Shown here piece by piece: positions 1-7,994 of a stretch of 55,517 bases of DNA. Below the pieces are notes generated by a model, which saw nothing but the letters and a program-made list of their open reading frames with translations, made no database searches and was not told the DNA's origin. How positions within the stretch are numbered: the stretch's first letter is position 1; every line of letters begins with the position of its first letter. Both the position numbers and the translations under genes were made by a program. This DNA is from an uncultured virus (IMG/VR IMGVR_UViG_3300027689_000306). Its lineage: Duplodnaviria; Heunggongvirae; Uroviricota; Caudoviricetes; Crassvirales. The stretch is taken from IMG/VR virus record IMGVR_UViG_3300027689_000306. The stretch is one strand, 5' to 3'.

Positions 1-2
1 AA

Positions 3-1010
3 TTAGTTGATGCTGCTATTGGTGAATTTGATCAAGACTTATTAGGTCTTCCAAGATTAGGTGAGCAAATCACAATGTTCGAATCTTTAGGTTCTGCATA
101 TGGATATGAGCACAAAATCACTGAATGGGCTGATGACAAAATGATGAGAGATTCTTCTGGAAAACCTCTTGACATTTTAGTGTATGCTCCACAAAGACGT
201 AACCAATTACCTTTAACTCGTAATGATGTTAAATGGGAACCGTTCATTGAGTTCTGGATGCGTAAATCTATGTTAGAGTTGAAAGTTAAACGTATGATCT
301 GGGCTAAACCAGGTACAGTTAAAACTAACGGTTCTAAACAAGAATTGAAAAGAACATCTGCTGGTGTATACCACAGAATGAGAAACAATGGTAACTTAGT
401 ACAATACAATAGAGGTGAATTCTCTGCTAACTTAATCCGTTCTGTATTTGGAGATTTATTCTACAGAAGAGTGGATGTGAAAGATAGAAGTGTTAAGATG
501 TATACTAATGAGGCTGGATTCGATGTATTCCAACAAGCTTTAAAAACAGATGCATTAAATTCAGGTCTTACTTTCATGGCTGATTCTGGAAACAGATACA
601 TGCAAGGAGAAGGACAACACATCACTTACAACTTTGCATTTGATGCAATGGTAACTCGTGAGACTGGACGTGTTGAATTGATTCACTTAAAAGAATTAGA
701 TTTACCACAATCTAACTTAGAATTTGGACAAAACAAAAAGAGCACTCCAGTATTTATGGTGTTTGATGTTTCTCCAATGTCTGATGGATCAATGGTAAAC
801 AACATTAGAGAAGTGAGAATGAAAGGTGCTCCTTCTATGACATGGGGTTATATTGATGGTACTCGTCACCACTTAGGTTTTGCTAAGTCTCAAGGTATGA
901 GTTCTGCTAATAAATTCCCAGGATACGAAATCTGGATGAAAGACAGATGTGATGTATTTATTGAAGATCTATCTAGAACTGTGTTGATCGAGGAAATCCC
1001 ACAATTCTAA
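3..1010 (+). CDS. Major capsid protein, crAss-like (5'-truncated by the window edge)
   Basis: The frame is open from position 3 (LVDAAIGEFDQDLLGLPRLGEQITM...), so the tracked ATG at 75 is internal. Sequence style and position match the crAss-like capsid block (MCP then three conserved genes), and a terminator hairpin follows. Confidence 0.8.
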   Translation, partial: LVDAAIGEFDQDLLGLPRLGEQITMFESLGSAYGYEHKITEWADDKMMRDSSGKPLDILVYAPQRRNQLPLTRNDVKWEPFIEFWMRKSMLELKVKRMIWAKPGTVKTNGSKQELKRTSAGVYHRMRNNGNLVQYNRGEFSANLIRSVFGDLFYRRVDVKDRSVKMYTNEAGFDVFQQALKTDALNSGLTFMADSGNRYMQGEGQHITYNFAFDAMVTRETGRVELIHLKELDLPQSNLEFGQNKKSTPVFMVFDVSPMSDGSMVNNIREVRMKGAPSMTWGYIDGTRHHLGFAKSQGMSSANKFPGYEIWMKDRCDVFIEDLSRTVLIEEIPQF

Positions 1011-1022
1011 TAAAGAAAACGT

Positions 1023-1066
1023 AGATGTGTTGCTTCCCATTATAGAACAGCACACATCTCTTTTTT
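1023..1066 (+). terminator. Intrinsic terminator after the capsid gene
   Basis: AGATGTG(T)TGCT...AGCACACATCT stem at 1023-1059, followed by CTTTTTT. Confidence 0.65.
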
Positions 1067-1068
1067 CC

Positions 1069-1173
1069 GAGATGAGTCCCCTCACCTCCTCTCCCTCCCA
1101 GAGGGGATGATTCTCAAACCTAGAGTGATGGATTGTGGTTTCACAGTCGCATTCCCTTCAATGGGAACACTCT
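1069..1173 (+). ncRNA. Candidate structured RNA / 5' leader (hairpin plus three-way junction)
   Basis: TCCCCTC (1077-1083) pairs with GAGGGGA (1101-1107). AGAGTG (1122-1127) pairs with CACTCT (1168-1173) and encloses the hairpins GATTGTG/CACAGTC and TTCCC-TTCAAT-GGGAA. The region is locally GC-rich in an AT-rich genome. Confidence 0.4.
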
Positions 1174-1208
1174 TCTAAAATAAACCAAATATTTAATTAA
1201 ACTACATT

Positions 1209-2177
1209 ATGGGTAAAACAGGCAAAATCTCTACGATAAAACGTGAGTATAACAGTTCTCAACTGCAAACAATGGACAGTGGACTATCGCAAAAAGGATT
1301 TACAAGAATTCCTGGAACAGGAGTATTCAAGTATCCTTATAAAGAATTAGATGGAAAGTATAGAACAGGATTAGATCCAGATTCTACTTATATCAAAAGA
1401 ATTGCAGATCCAACTGAAAGAGAGTTAGAAATAGAAAGAGTAACTAAACTTAAAGCAAGACTTGAGAATGAGTTAGGTGATATTGATTTAGGACCTCGTT
1501 CAAAATTCTGGAATTATGGGTTATCAACTTCTACAGATGATCAAACACATGTACAACCAGTTAAATTGTTAGATGGTGATAATTACTTTGACCTAGCAGT
1601 TCCTTTTCAAGAGATAGCTTTTTCATGGTTAAGAGTACATCCAACTATTGCATCTTCTCACCAAGCATGGGAAAGAGGAGAATATCCAGCAGATACACAA
1701 TTTTATGTTGTTGATGATGAGATAGAAAATGCAGTGATCTACAAGAAAAAACAATTGATTAACAAAGCTATTGTTAAGTTTGATTCTATGACTCAAGAGA
1801 AGAAACGTAAAGTTGCAAGACTTTTAGGTCTTCCAGTATCAGAAGATACAATGGAAGAAGTTGTTTATAATCAAGTAGATAACGTATTGAAACAAACAGA
1901 ATTCAAGAATGGTAAATATTCAGGATTGAATCCAGTTGAAGTGTTCAATAGATTTGCTGACATGAAAGAAGATTTACTCCATATACAAGATTTAATTAAA
2001 CAAGCAGTTGCACATTCAGTTTACAGAGTTAAACCAAATGGTAAAGTTTACGAAGGTGAATTTGAAATTGCTAAAGATGAACAAGATTTAATTAAATTCC
2101 TAGCTGATGATGATAACCAAGATGAGTTGTTGATATTAGAAGGTAAATTGAAAACTAAAAAACTAGCTTCTATTTAA
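1209..2177 (+). CDS. Conserved crAss-like capsid-block protein (gene immediately after MCP), function unknown
   Basis: 322-aa ORF with typical codon use; assigned from synteny right after the MCP. Confidence 0.6.
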   Translation: MGKTGKISTIKREYNSSQLQTMDSGLSQKGFTRIPGTGVFKYPYKELDGKYRTGLDPDSTYIKRIADPTERELEIERVTKLKARLENELGDIDLGPRSKFWNYGLSTSTDDQTHVQPVKLLDGDNYFDLAVPFQEIAFSWLRVHPTIASSHQAWERGEYPADTQFYVVDDEIENAVIYKKKQLINKAIVKFDSMTQEKKRKVARLLGLPVSEDTMEEVVYNQVDNVLKQTEFKNGKYSGLNPVEVFNRFADMKEDLLHIQDLIKQAVAHSVYRVKPNGKVYEGEFEIAKDEQDLIKFLADDDNQDELLILEGKLKTKKLASI

Positions 2178-2204
2178 GAGGTTAGTTTAAAAATATAAAA
2201 GAAT

Positions 2205-2936
2205 ATGATACCAGTAGATAGTTTATTATACAAGATCGATCAGAAACTAAATAAACTATCAACTAATGCCCATCAACAGATTCAATTAGAAGACAAGATC
2301 TTAGCTCTTAATGAAGCTCAGATCAAGTTGATAAAACAAAAGATTGATGGTATTAGTACTGCTAGTCAATTAGGACAAGATTCATTTAAGAAACGTTATG
2401 AAGACTTACAAAGTCTTATAATGAATTACAATCATCAACCTTTAGATCTTACGTTAAAGAATGTTGAATTGAATCAATGGTGTACATATGTACATGAACT
2501 TAGTCCACAATATATGTTCTACATAGATTCATATATACTAGCAGATAAAGGTAGATGTAAAGATAGAAAGATTTGGATTAATCGAGATCTTGCTAAACAT
2601 GGTGATCTTCAGTTTATATTAAACAACGATCATTATAGACCAAGTTTTGAATACCAAGAAACATTCAACTCTTTGTCATCAGATGAGATAAGTTACTTTA
2701 CAGATGGTACATTTATCCCAACTAAAGTTTACATGATGTACATGAGATACCCAGTGTATATAAATAAAACAGGATATATCATGTTAGATGGAACTCCATC
2801 TTATGATGCTGATTGTGAACTTGAATTATATTTAGAGGATGAGCTGTTAGACTTAACAGTACAAAATCTAGCAATGTATACTGAAAATGCTGCAGCAGTA
2901 CAAAGTGCTCAGTTCAGAATACAAACAAACGAATAA
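2205..2936 (+). CDS. Putative head-tail connector / tail ring protein
   Basis: 243 aa. LNEAQ N-terminal helix, Y-x-R-Y-P and CEL...DELLDLTV C-terminal pattern typical of crAss-like ring proteins; synteny. Confidence 0.6.
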   Translation: MIPVDSLLYKIDQKLNKLSTNAHQQIQLEDKILALNEAQIKLIKQKIDGISTASQLGQDSFKKRYEDLQSLIMNYNHQPLDLTLKNVELNQWCTYVHELSPQYMFYIDSYILADKGRCKDRKIWINRDLAKHGDLQFILNNDHYRPSFEYQETFNSLSSDEISYFTDGTFIPTKVYMMYMRYPVYINKTGYIMLDGTPSYDADCELELYLEDELLDLTVQNLAMYTENAAAVQSAQFRIQTNE

Positions 2937-2964
2937 ACTTTATTAACATTTAAATAAATAAACA

Positions 2965-4140
2965 ATGGCTGATTTTTCATTAACCACGTTATTCGTGGTA
3001 CCAGTTGGGCAGACTGCACTCCCTAGCGCCTCTGGTTTCTCAACACAAAACTTGACTGCAGGACAAGTTGGTATTTTTAGAAACGATTATTCTTTAGCTA
3101 CTGCTGGGAATATCGCTGCTGCTCCTTATTTCTACGTAGCACAAGGTAGAACAAACACTTATTTACAAGGCTCTAAAAGATCTGACAAGATCAAAGGATG
3201 CCCTTCTGGATCTGGTTGTAACTCTAACGTAACAGAATGGTACAAATCAACAGGATGTCCTACAGCTGCTAACCAAATTACTGATGTAACTGATTTCACT
3301 GTACAATGTGGAGAAAGCATCACGTTAACTTTACGTGGTTTTTCTAGCTATGTAAACACTTTGTATTTCAATGGTTTCACTCGTTCAGTAACTATTCAAG
3401 CTCCATGTTGTAACTGTGATGACAATCCATGTGATGACGTAAGTGCAAACACTATTATTGATTTATTAATCAATAAATTAACTCAACAAGCTCCAGGTAA
3501 CAACCCTGATAACATTAGCTTTAACACGTTCTATACATTCCAAAATATAGGTGGAACTATCTTACGTATTACTGGGAAACCATTAACCGTATATGGACAA
3601 CCTTGTGATATTGCAGCGTTCCCATTTGAATATGATAGATTCTCTTTCAGAACTTTCGTATATGCTGGACCTGCTACTACTGCTGACTTTATTGTTGCAG
3701 ATGCTTGTAACTTAGTTGCTGCTGAAACAATTACACAACGTGCTTCTTATCCTACTGGTACATCTGCAGAGATTGCTCAATTAGAGAAAAACTTCTACAG
3801 CTACCAAGCAGGTTACTTGAAACACTTATACAGAATGAATGGATATAACGAGAACTTTGAATCTTGGGTATCTAGTGGTGTTATTTACGATACATACTAC
3901 ATTAGATTTAATGAGTATAACAAATCTGAATACCAATGGGGTGATTACATCATGGAAGATTCTACAGTGATTATCGCTGCTCCAAACTCTGTAACAAGTG
4001 GTATTGCTGCTGCAATTGAAACTGTATTAGAAGCTGCTTTAGGAACTGTTCCAGATAATAATATTTGTATCACTACTACATCTACTACAACTGCTGTACC
4101 TCCTACTACAACAACAACAACTACAGCTCTTATACCTTAA
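2965..4140 (+). CDS. Abundant structural protein (auxiliary capsid/decoration-like) with a Thr-rich C-terminal tail
   Basis: 391 aa, Ala/Thr/Gly-rich, third conserved gene after the MCP, followed by a strong hairpin; ends TTTSTTTAVPPTTTTTTTALIP. Confidence 0.55.
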   Translation: MADFSLTTLFVVPVGQTALPSASGFSTQNLTAGQVGIFRNDYSLATAGNIAAAPYFYVAQGRTNTYLQGSKRSDKIKGCPSGSGCNSNVTEWYKSTGCPTAANQITDVTDFTVQCGESITLTLRGFSSYVNTLYFNGFTRSVTIQAPCCNCDDNPCDDVSANTIIDLLINKLTQQAPGNNPDNISFNTFYTFQNIGGTILRITGKPLTVYGQPCDIAAFPFEYDRFSFRTFVYAGPATTADFIVADACNLVAAETITQRASYPTGTSAEIAQLEKNFYSYQAGYLKHLYRMNGYNENFESWVSSGVIYDTYYIRFNEYNKSEYQWGDYIMEDSTVIIAAPNSVTSGIAAAIETVLEAALGTVPDNNICITTTSTTTAVPPTTTTTTTALIP

Positions 4141-4169
4141 GAATTAACAAGTAGAAATTAATAATAACC

Positions 4170-4217
4170 TATGCCAGGGGAAAGAGGATAACTCATATTC
4201 CTCTGGCATATTTATTT
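4170..4217 (+). terminator. Hairpin terminator or RNA-processing stem
   Basis: TATGCCAGGGGAA (4170-4182) pairs with TTCCTCTGGCATA (4198-4210; one G-U pair), followed by TTTATTT. Confidence 0.6.
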
Positions 4218-4226
4218 AAAAACAAC

Positions 4227-4790
4227 ATGGCAAACTTACAATTAGATATACTAGTAGTCTCTACTTACGATGTTAATACTCTTGGTGTTGCAGATGCTTC
4301 TGTATATCCTACCAATCCTCCAGTGGTCTCAGCACCATCTATTGAGATTGATATACCAGGATTCGGAACCAAGATTTTACCTTTTGTTCCTGACCAATTA
4401 AATGTATTTACATCTTCTAATTTAGGAATTACAGATCCTGGTTGTAATCAACCACTTCCAGATGGAGTGTACAGATTAAGATATTCTGTTGCTCCTGCAT
4501 ATGCAAACTATGTAGAGAAAACAATATTACGTGTTGATAGACTTCAAGAGAAGTTTGACAATGCGTTTTTGCAATTAAATATGATGGAGTGCGATAGAGC
4601 ACTTAAAACACAATCTAGTGTTATGTTAAACACAATAAACTTCTTTATTCAAGGAGCTATTGCTGCAGCTAACAACTGTGCTGAATATGAATCAAATACA
4701 TTATACACACAGGCAGATAATATGTTAGATAACTTTTTAAGAACCAACTGTGGTTGTTCAGGTAACAACTACCTAATAAACTTTTATTAA
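4227..4790 (+). CDS. Virion structural protein (putative tail hub / fibre adaptor)
   Basis: 187 aa with a LPDGVY motif, a helical C-terminal half and a terminal CGC; lies directly before the fibre genes. Confidence 0.45.
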   Translation: MANLQLDILVVSTYDVNTLGVADASVYPTNPPVVSAPSIEIDIPGFGTKILPFVPDQLNVFTSSNLGITDPGCNQPLPDGVYRLRYSVAPAYANYVEKTILRVDRLQEKFDNAFLQLNMMECDRALKTQSSVMLNTINFFIQGAIAAANNCAEYESNTLYTQADNMLDNFLRTNCGCSGNNYLINFY

Positions 4791-4792
4791 TT

Positions 4793-4888
4793 ATGGCACA
4801 ATGTAATTCATGTGGAGCTAATGTGGGGTGTGGATGTCAATTGAGAAATGGACTGTGTGCACACTGTGCTTCTAAAGTAAATAATTAA
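4793..4888 (+). CDS. 31-aa Cys-rich microprotein (not in the ORF track)
   Basis: MAQCNSCGANVGCGCQLRNGLCAHCASKVNN*. It fills the gap between two genes, with ATG 2 nt after the upstream stop, and has CxxC-CxC-CxxC. Confidence 0.7.
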   Translation: MAQCNSCGANVGCGCQLRNGLCAHCASKVNN

Positions 4889-4899
4889 AAAATAATAAT

Positions 4900-6861
4900 A
4901 TGTTATCACCAAGACTAAATGATTGCCCAGAATGTGCTGATATACCTTCTCTACTTAAAAAGATAGATTGTAAGTTAGCAGAACTTGGTAATAACTTGTA
5001 CAACAATATTTCATATATGTTGAACAAACCTATACCTGCTGGTGACATTCTTCAGTTAATAGGCTACAGAAGAATATTAACTTATAAATATTGTAATCCT
5101 AACTACGTACATCAGTACTCAGTTAAGATGATAGCTAGTAGAGTGATACGTCTTACATTAGGATGTGTTAGTAGATGTAATGAATTAGAACGTTGTTTAG
5201 AAGAACCTTGTGATATTACAATTGTATTAAATCCTTCAACTACAACAACTAGTACAACTCAAAGAATTACAACTACTACAACAAGTTCAAGTTCAACTAG
5301 TTCTACAAGTACATCAACTACTACTACAAGTTCAAGTTCTACAAGCACTACTACAAGTTCTACTAGTTCTTCAACTTCTACAACAACAAGTACAACTACT
5401 GGAATACCTTTCTGTGTAACAGAATGTCTTCCTTTATTTAGTAAAGGTAGTGGTGTGTTTATATATAAAGATGGTGTAACAACTGATTTAACATCACAAA
5501 TTTCAGGACCTATTCCTATAACTGGTGATATTGCAAACACAGTAAATAAATTATGGTTGTATACACAAACAGATATATCTGAATATGATATAAATAATTT
5601 CTGTCCATTTGCAGCTACATACAATAAAAACATAAATCTAGCTTCTGGAACATTTGGTTCAGGTATGACAGCAATTGATGATGTAACATTAGTTAGTTCA
5701 ATAGGAACTGACATTGTTGAAGTTGATATAACTACTACAACTGCAGGAATAACTAGTAAATTCCCAATGCCTGTAAATAGAGATATTTCAGGAGATTTAA
5801 TTTACACTACATCAAATCAATTAGTTTGTTCTTACGTAGATAATATAACAAGTAATACATACATAACTATACATGATTACTCTACAGGAGCAATACTTGT
5901 AGATATTAATATTTCTTCTATAACTAATCCTTGGGGATTATATATAGATGCAGGAGTAATACATGTTTGTGATAACAATGGTCAAATATTTAGTCTTAAT
6001 TTAGATACAGAAGTATTAACTCTTGTTGCAAATGTAGGACAAAGCTTAAACGGAGCATCACAAGCTCCAGAATGTGCTGTATTTAATATTTATTATTGTC
6101 AACAATATAATTGGGATCTTACAGGTATAGATCCATTACTTGAAACAACTATAGAACTTGGTGAATGTTTAGATCCTCCTACTCCTTATACATTAACAGA
6201 TTCAGTTGCAAATTTTATTGATGCTTGGTCAAATTTCTGTTCTGGAATTTCTCCTGTTGTTACTGTAGGAATTATAACAGCAGAAGGTTTATGTGTTTCA
6301 GATTCTCCAGTAATTATTGGTACACAATCTTGGGATGAATCAGATTTAAGAGTTACTCAATATGCTAATGGTGATCCAATACCAGAAGTTACAAATAGTA
6401 CTACATGGGCAAACTTAACAACAGGCGCTTGGTGTTGGTATAATAATGATCCTAATAGTGGTAGTGTACTTTATAACTGGTATGCTATAAATGATCCGAG
6501 AGGATTAGCCCCAGCTGGAAAACATGTTCCAACCACTGCAGAATGGAATACTTTAATTAGTTACTTAGGTAGCAATACTGTTGCAGGAGGTGCTATGAAA
6601 GATATTGGTCTATCACCTTGGGGTTGGAATTCTCCAAATACAGATGCTACGAACAGTAGTGGATTTACCGCATTTCCTGGAGGTTTTATAAATAATTTAG
6701 GTGTGTTTGATCAAAGAGGTAATGAATCAGTGCACTGGGCAGCTGATGGCTCTACATCTACTGATGGTAATACATATAAATTAACTAACACTTCTGGTCA
6801 GATATTTAATAATACTCTTTCAAAAGTGTTTGGATTATCAGTACGTTTAATAAATAATTAA
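4900..6861 (+). CDS. Modular virion protein: Cys-rich N-domain, Thr/Ser linker, beta-rich middle, C-terminal Fib_succ_major-like (C-type lectin-fold) domain
   Basis: The C-terminal IGTQSW...LYNWYA...GLAPAGKHVPTTAEW...GFTAFPGG...GLSVRL is the Fib_succ_major pattern; S/T tract at about 5236-5400. Confidence 0.7.
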   Translation: MLSPRLNDCPECADIPSLLKKIDCKLAELGNNLYNNISYMLNKPIPAGDILQLIGYRRILTYKYCNPNYVHQYSVKMIASRVIRLTLGCVSRCNELERCLEEPCDITIVLNPSTTTTSTTQRITTTTTSSSSTSSTSTSTTTTSSSSTSTTTSSTSSSTSTTTSTTTGIPFCVTECLPLFSKGSGVFIYKDGVTTDLTSQISGPIPITGDIANTVNKLWLYTQTDISEYDINNFCPFAATYNKNINLASGTFGSGMTAIDDVTLVSSIGTDIVEVDITTTTAGITSKFPMPVNRDISGDLIYTTSNQLVCSYVDNITSNTYITIHDYSTGAILVDINISSITNPWGLYIDAGVIHVCDNNGQIFSLNLDTEVLTLVANVGQSLNGASQAPECAVFNIYYCQQYNWDLTGIDPLLETTIELGECLDPPTPYTLTDSVANFIDAWSNFCSGISPVVTVGIITAEGLCVSDSPVIIGTQSWDESDLRVTQYANGDPIPEVTNSTTWANLTTGAWCWYNNDPNSGSVLYNWYAINDPRGLAPAGKHVPTTAEWNTLISYLGSNTVAGGAMKDIGLSPWGWNSPNTDATNSSGFTAFPGGFINNLGVFDQRGNESVHWAADGSTSTDGNTYKLTNTSGQIFNNTLSKVFGLSVRLINN

Positions 6862-6878
6862 CAATAAAAATAAATAAT

Positions 6879-7982
6879 ATGTCCAATTGCTCAAATTGTT
6901 ATAACGGATGTACAGAGATTGTCTCTGACAGATGTGTTAAATATACAGGAATAGATGTTCCTGTCCTAGGAATTCAAACAGGTGATTCATTATCATTTGT
7001 AGAACAAGCATTGATTACATTCCTTGTATCAACATTAGATGGTACAGGAGTGAAGATAGATCTTGGAACTACAGTGGTATGTGATCTTGTGCAACAATAT
7101 CTTCCTACTTGTGGAGATCTTTCTATTGTAGATATATCAAAAGCTCTTATACAAGCTGCTTGTGATCTTCAAGAACAAGTAGATGCTATTGATGCAGATC
7201 TTGCTACATTGAATGCTGATTATACAATTGGATGTTTAACAGGTGTTACAGCATCTTCAGATACACATGCTATTGTACAAGCTGTAATAAATAAATTATG
7301 TCAAATAGAAGTTAATTTAGTAGCTCTTGCAGCTGATCTAACTTTAAACTATTCAAGTAATGGTGCTGAGTTAGATGCTTATATTGCTAACTATTTAGCT
7401 ACACATTCTTCTACTGCTAATTTAATTAGTAATAGAATGGTTCCTTATTCTGTTGTTCTTTATTTTGGACCATTAAGTAACTTTTCTAGTACAGGAGTAG
7501 GACTTGGTGATTGGGATAAAATATATCTATGTAATGGAATAAATGGAACTCCTGATTTAAGAGGTAGAGTTCCTGTAGGAGTTACAGCTGTTCCTGGTGG
7601 TAGTGCATATTCTCCTCAAGTTGATCCAGCACTTGGTAATCCTAATTATACATTAAATGTACCATTAGGTACAAATGGTGTTACATTAACTGCAGCACAA
7701 CTACCTGCACATGCTCACCCTGGTAGTACAGCTACCACTGCTATATCTCCTAATCCTCACACACACGTAATATCTCCTCAAGTACCATTTACAAGTAGTC
7801 AACTTACTTCTAGTGGAACTGGATCAGCTGGAGCATCAATTCCTGTGAACACTACATTAACTAATGAAAATGTTACATTAACAGCAAATACAACATTAAC
7901 AATAGCATCACAAGGAGGAGGATTATCACATGAGAACTTCCAACCTGGATTAGGTTGTTATTATATTCAATACAGACCTTAA
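6879..7982 (+). CDS. Tail fibre with tail-collar domain
   Basis: LCNG..GTPDLRGRVPVG collar motif, HAH and HTH His pairs, terminal HEN.QP..Y.IQY, and a Cys-rich N-terminal anchor. Confidence 0.75.
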   Translation: MSNCSNCYNGCTEIVSDRCVKYTGIDVPVLGIQTGDSLSFVEQALITFLVSTLDGTGVKIDLGTTVVCDLVQQYLPTCGDLSIVDISKALIQAACDLQEQVDAIDADLATLNADYTIGCLTGVTASSDTHAIVQAVINKLCQIEVNLVALAADLTLNYSSNGAELDAYIANYLATHSSTANLISNRMVPYSVVLYFGPLSNFSSTGVGLGDWDKIYLCNGINGTPDLRGRVPVGVTAVPGGSAYSPQVDPALGNPNYTLNVPLGTNGVTLTAAQLPAHAHPGSTATTAISPNPHTHVISPQVPFTSSQLTSSGTGSAGASIPVNTTLTNENVTLTANTTLTIASQGGGLSHENFQPGLGCYYIQYRP

Positions 7983-7994
7983 TAAATCAATAAG

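Noticed and set aside
1122..1173. tRNA gene
   Set aside because: Only about 52 nt, with two arms, no canonical D or anticodon arm and no CCA; kept only as a candidate structured RNA.
6700..6861. Diversity-generating retroelement
   Set aside because: No reverse transcriptase and no template-repeat copy were seen in this window.
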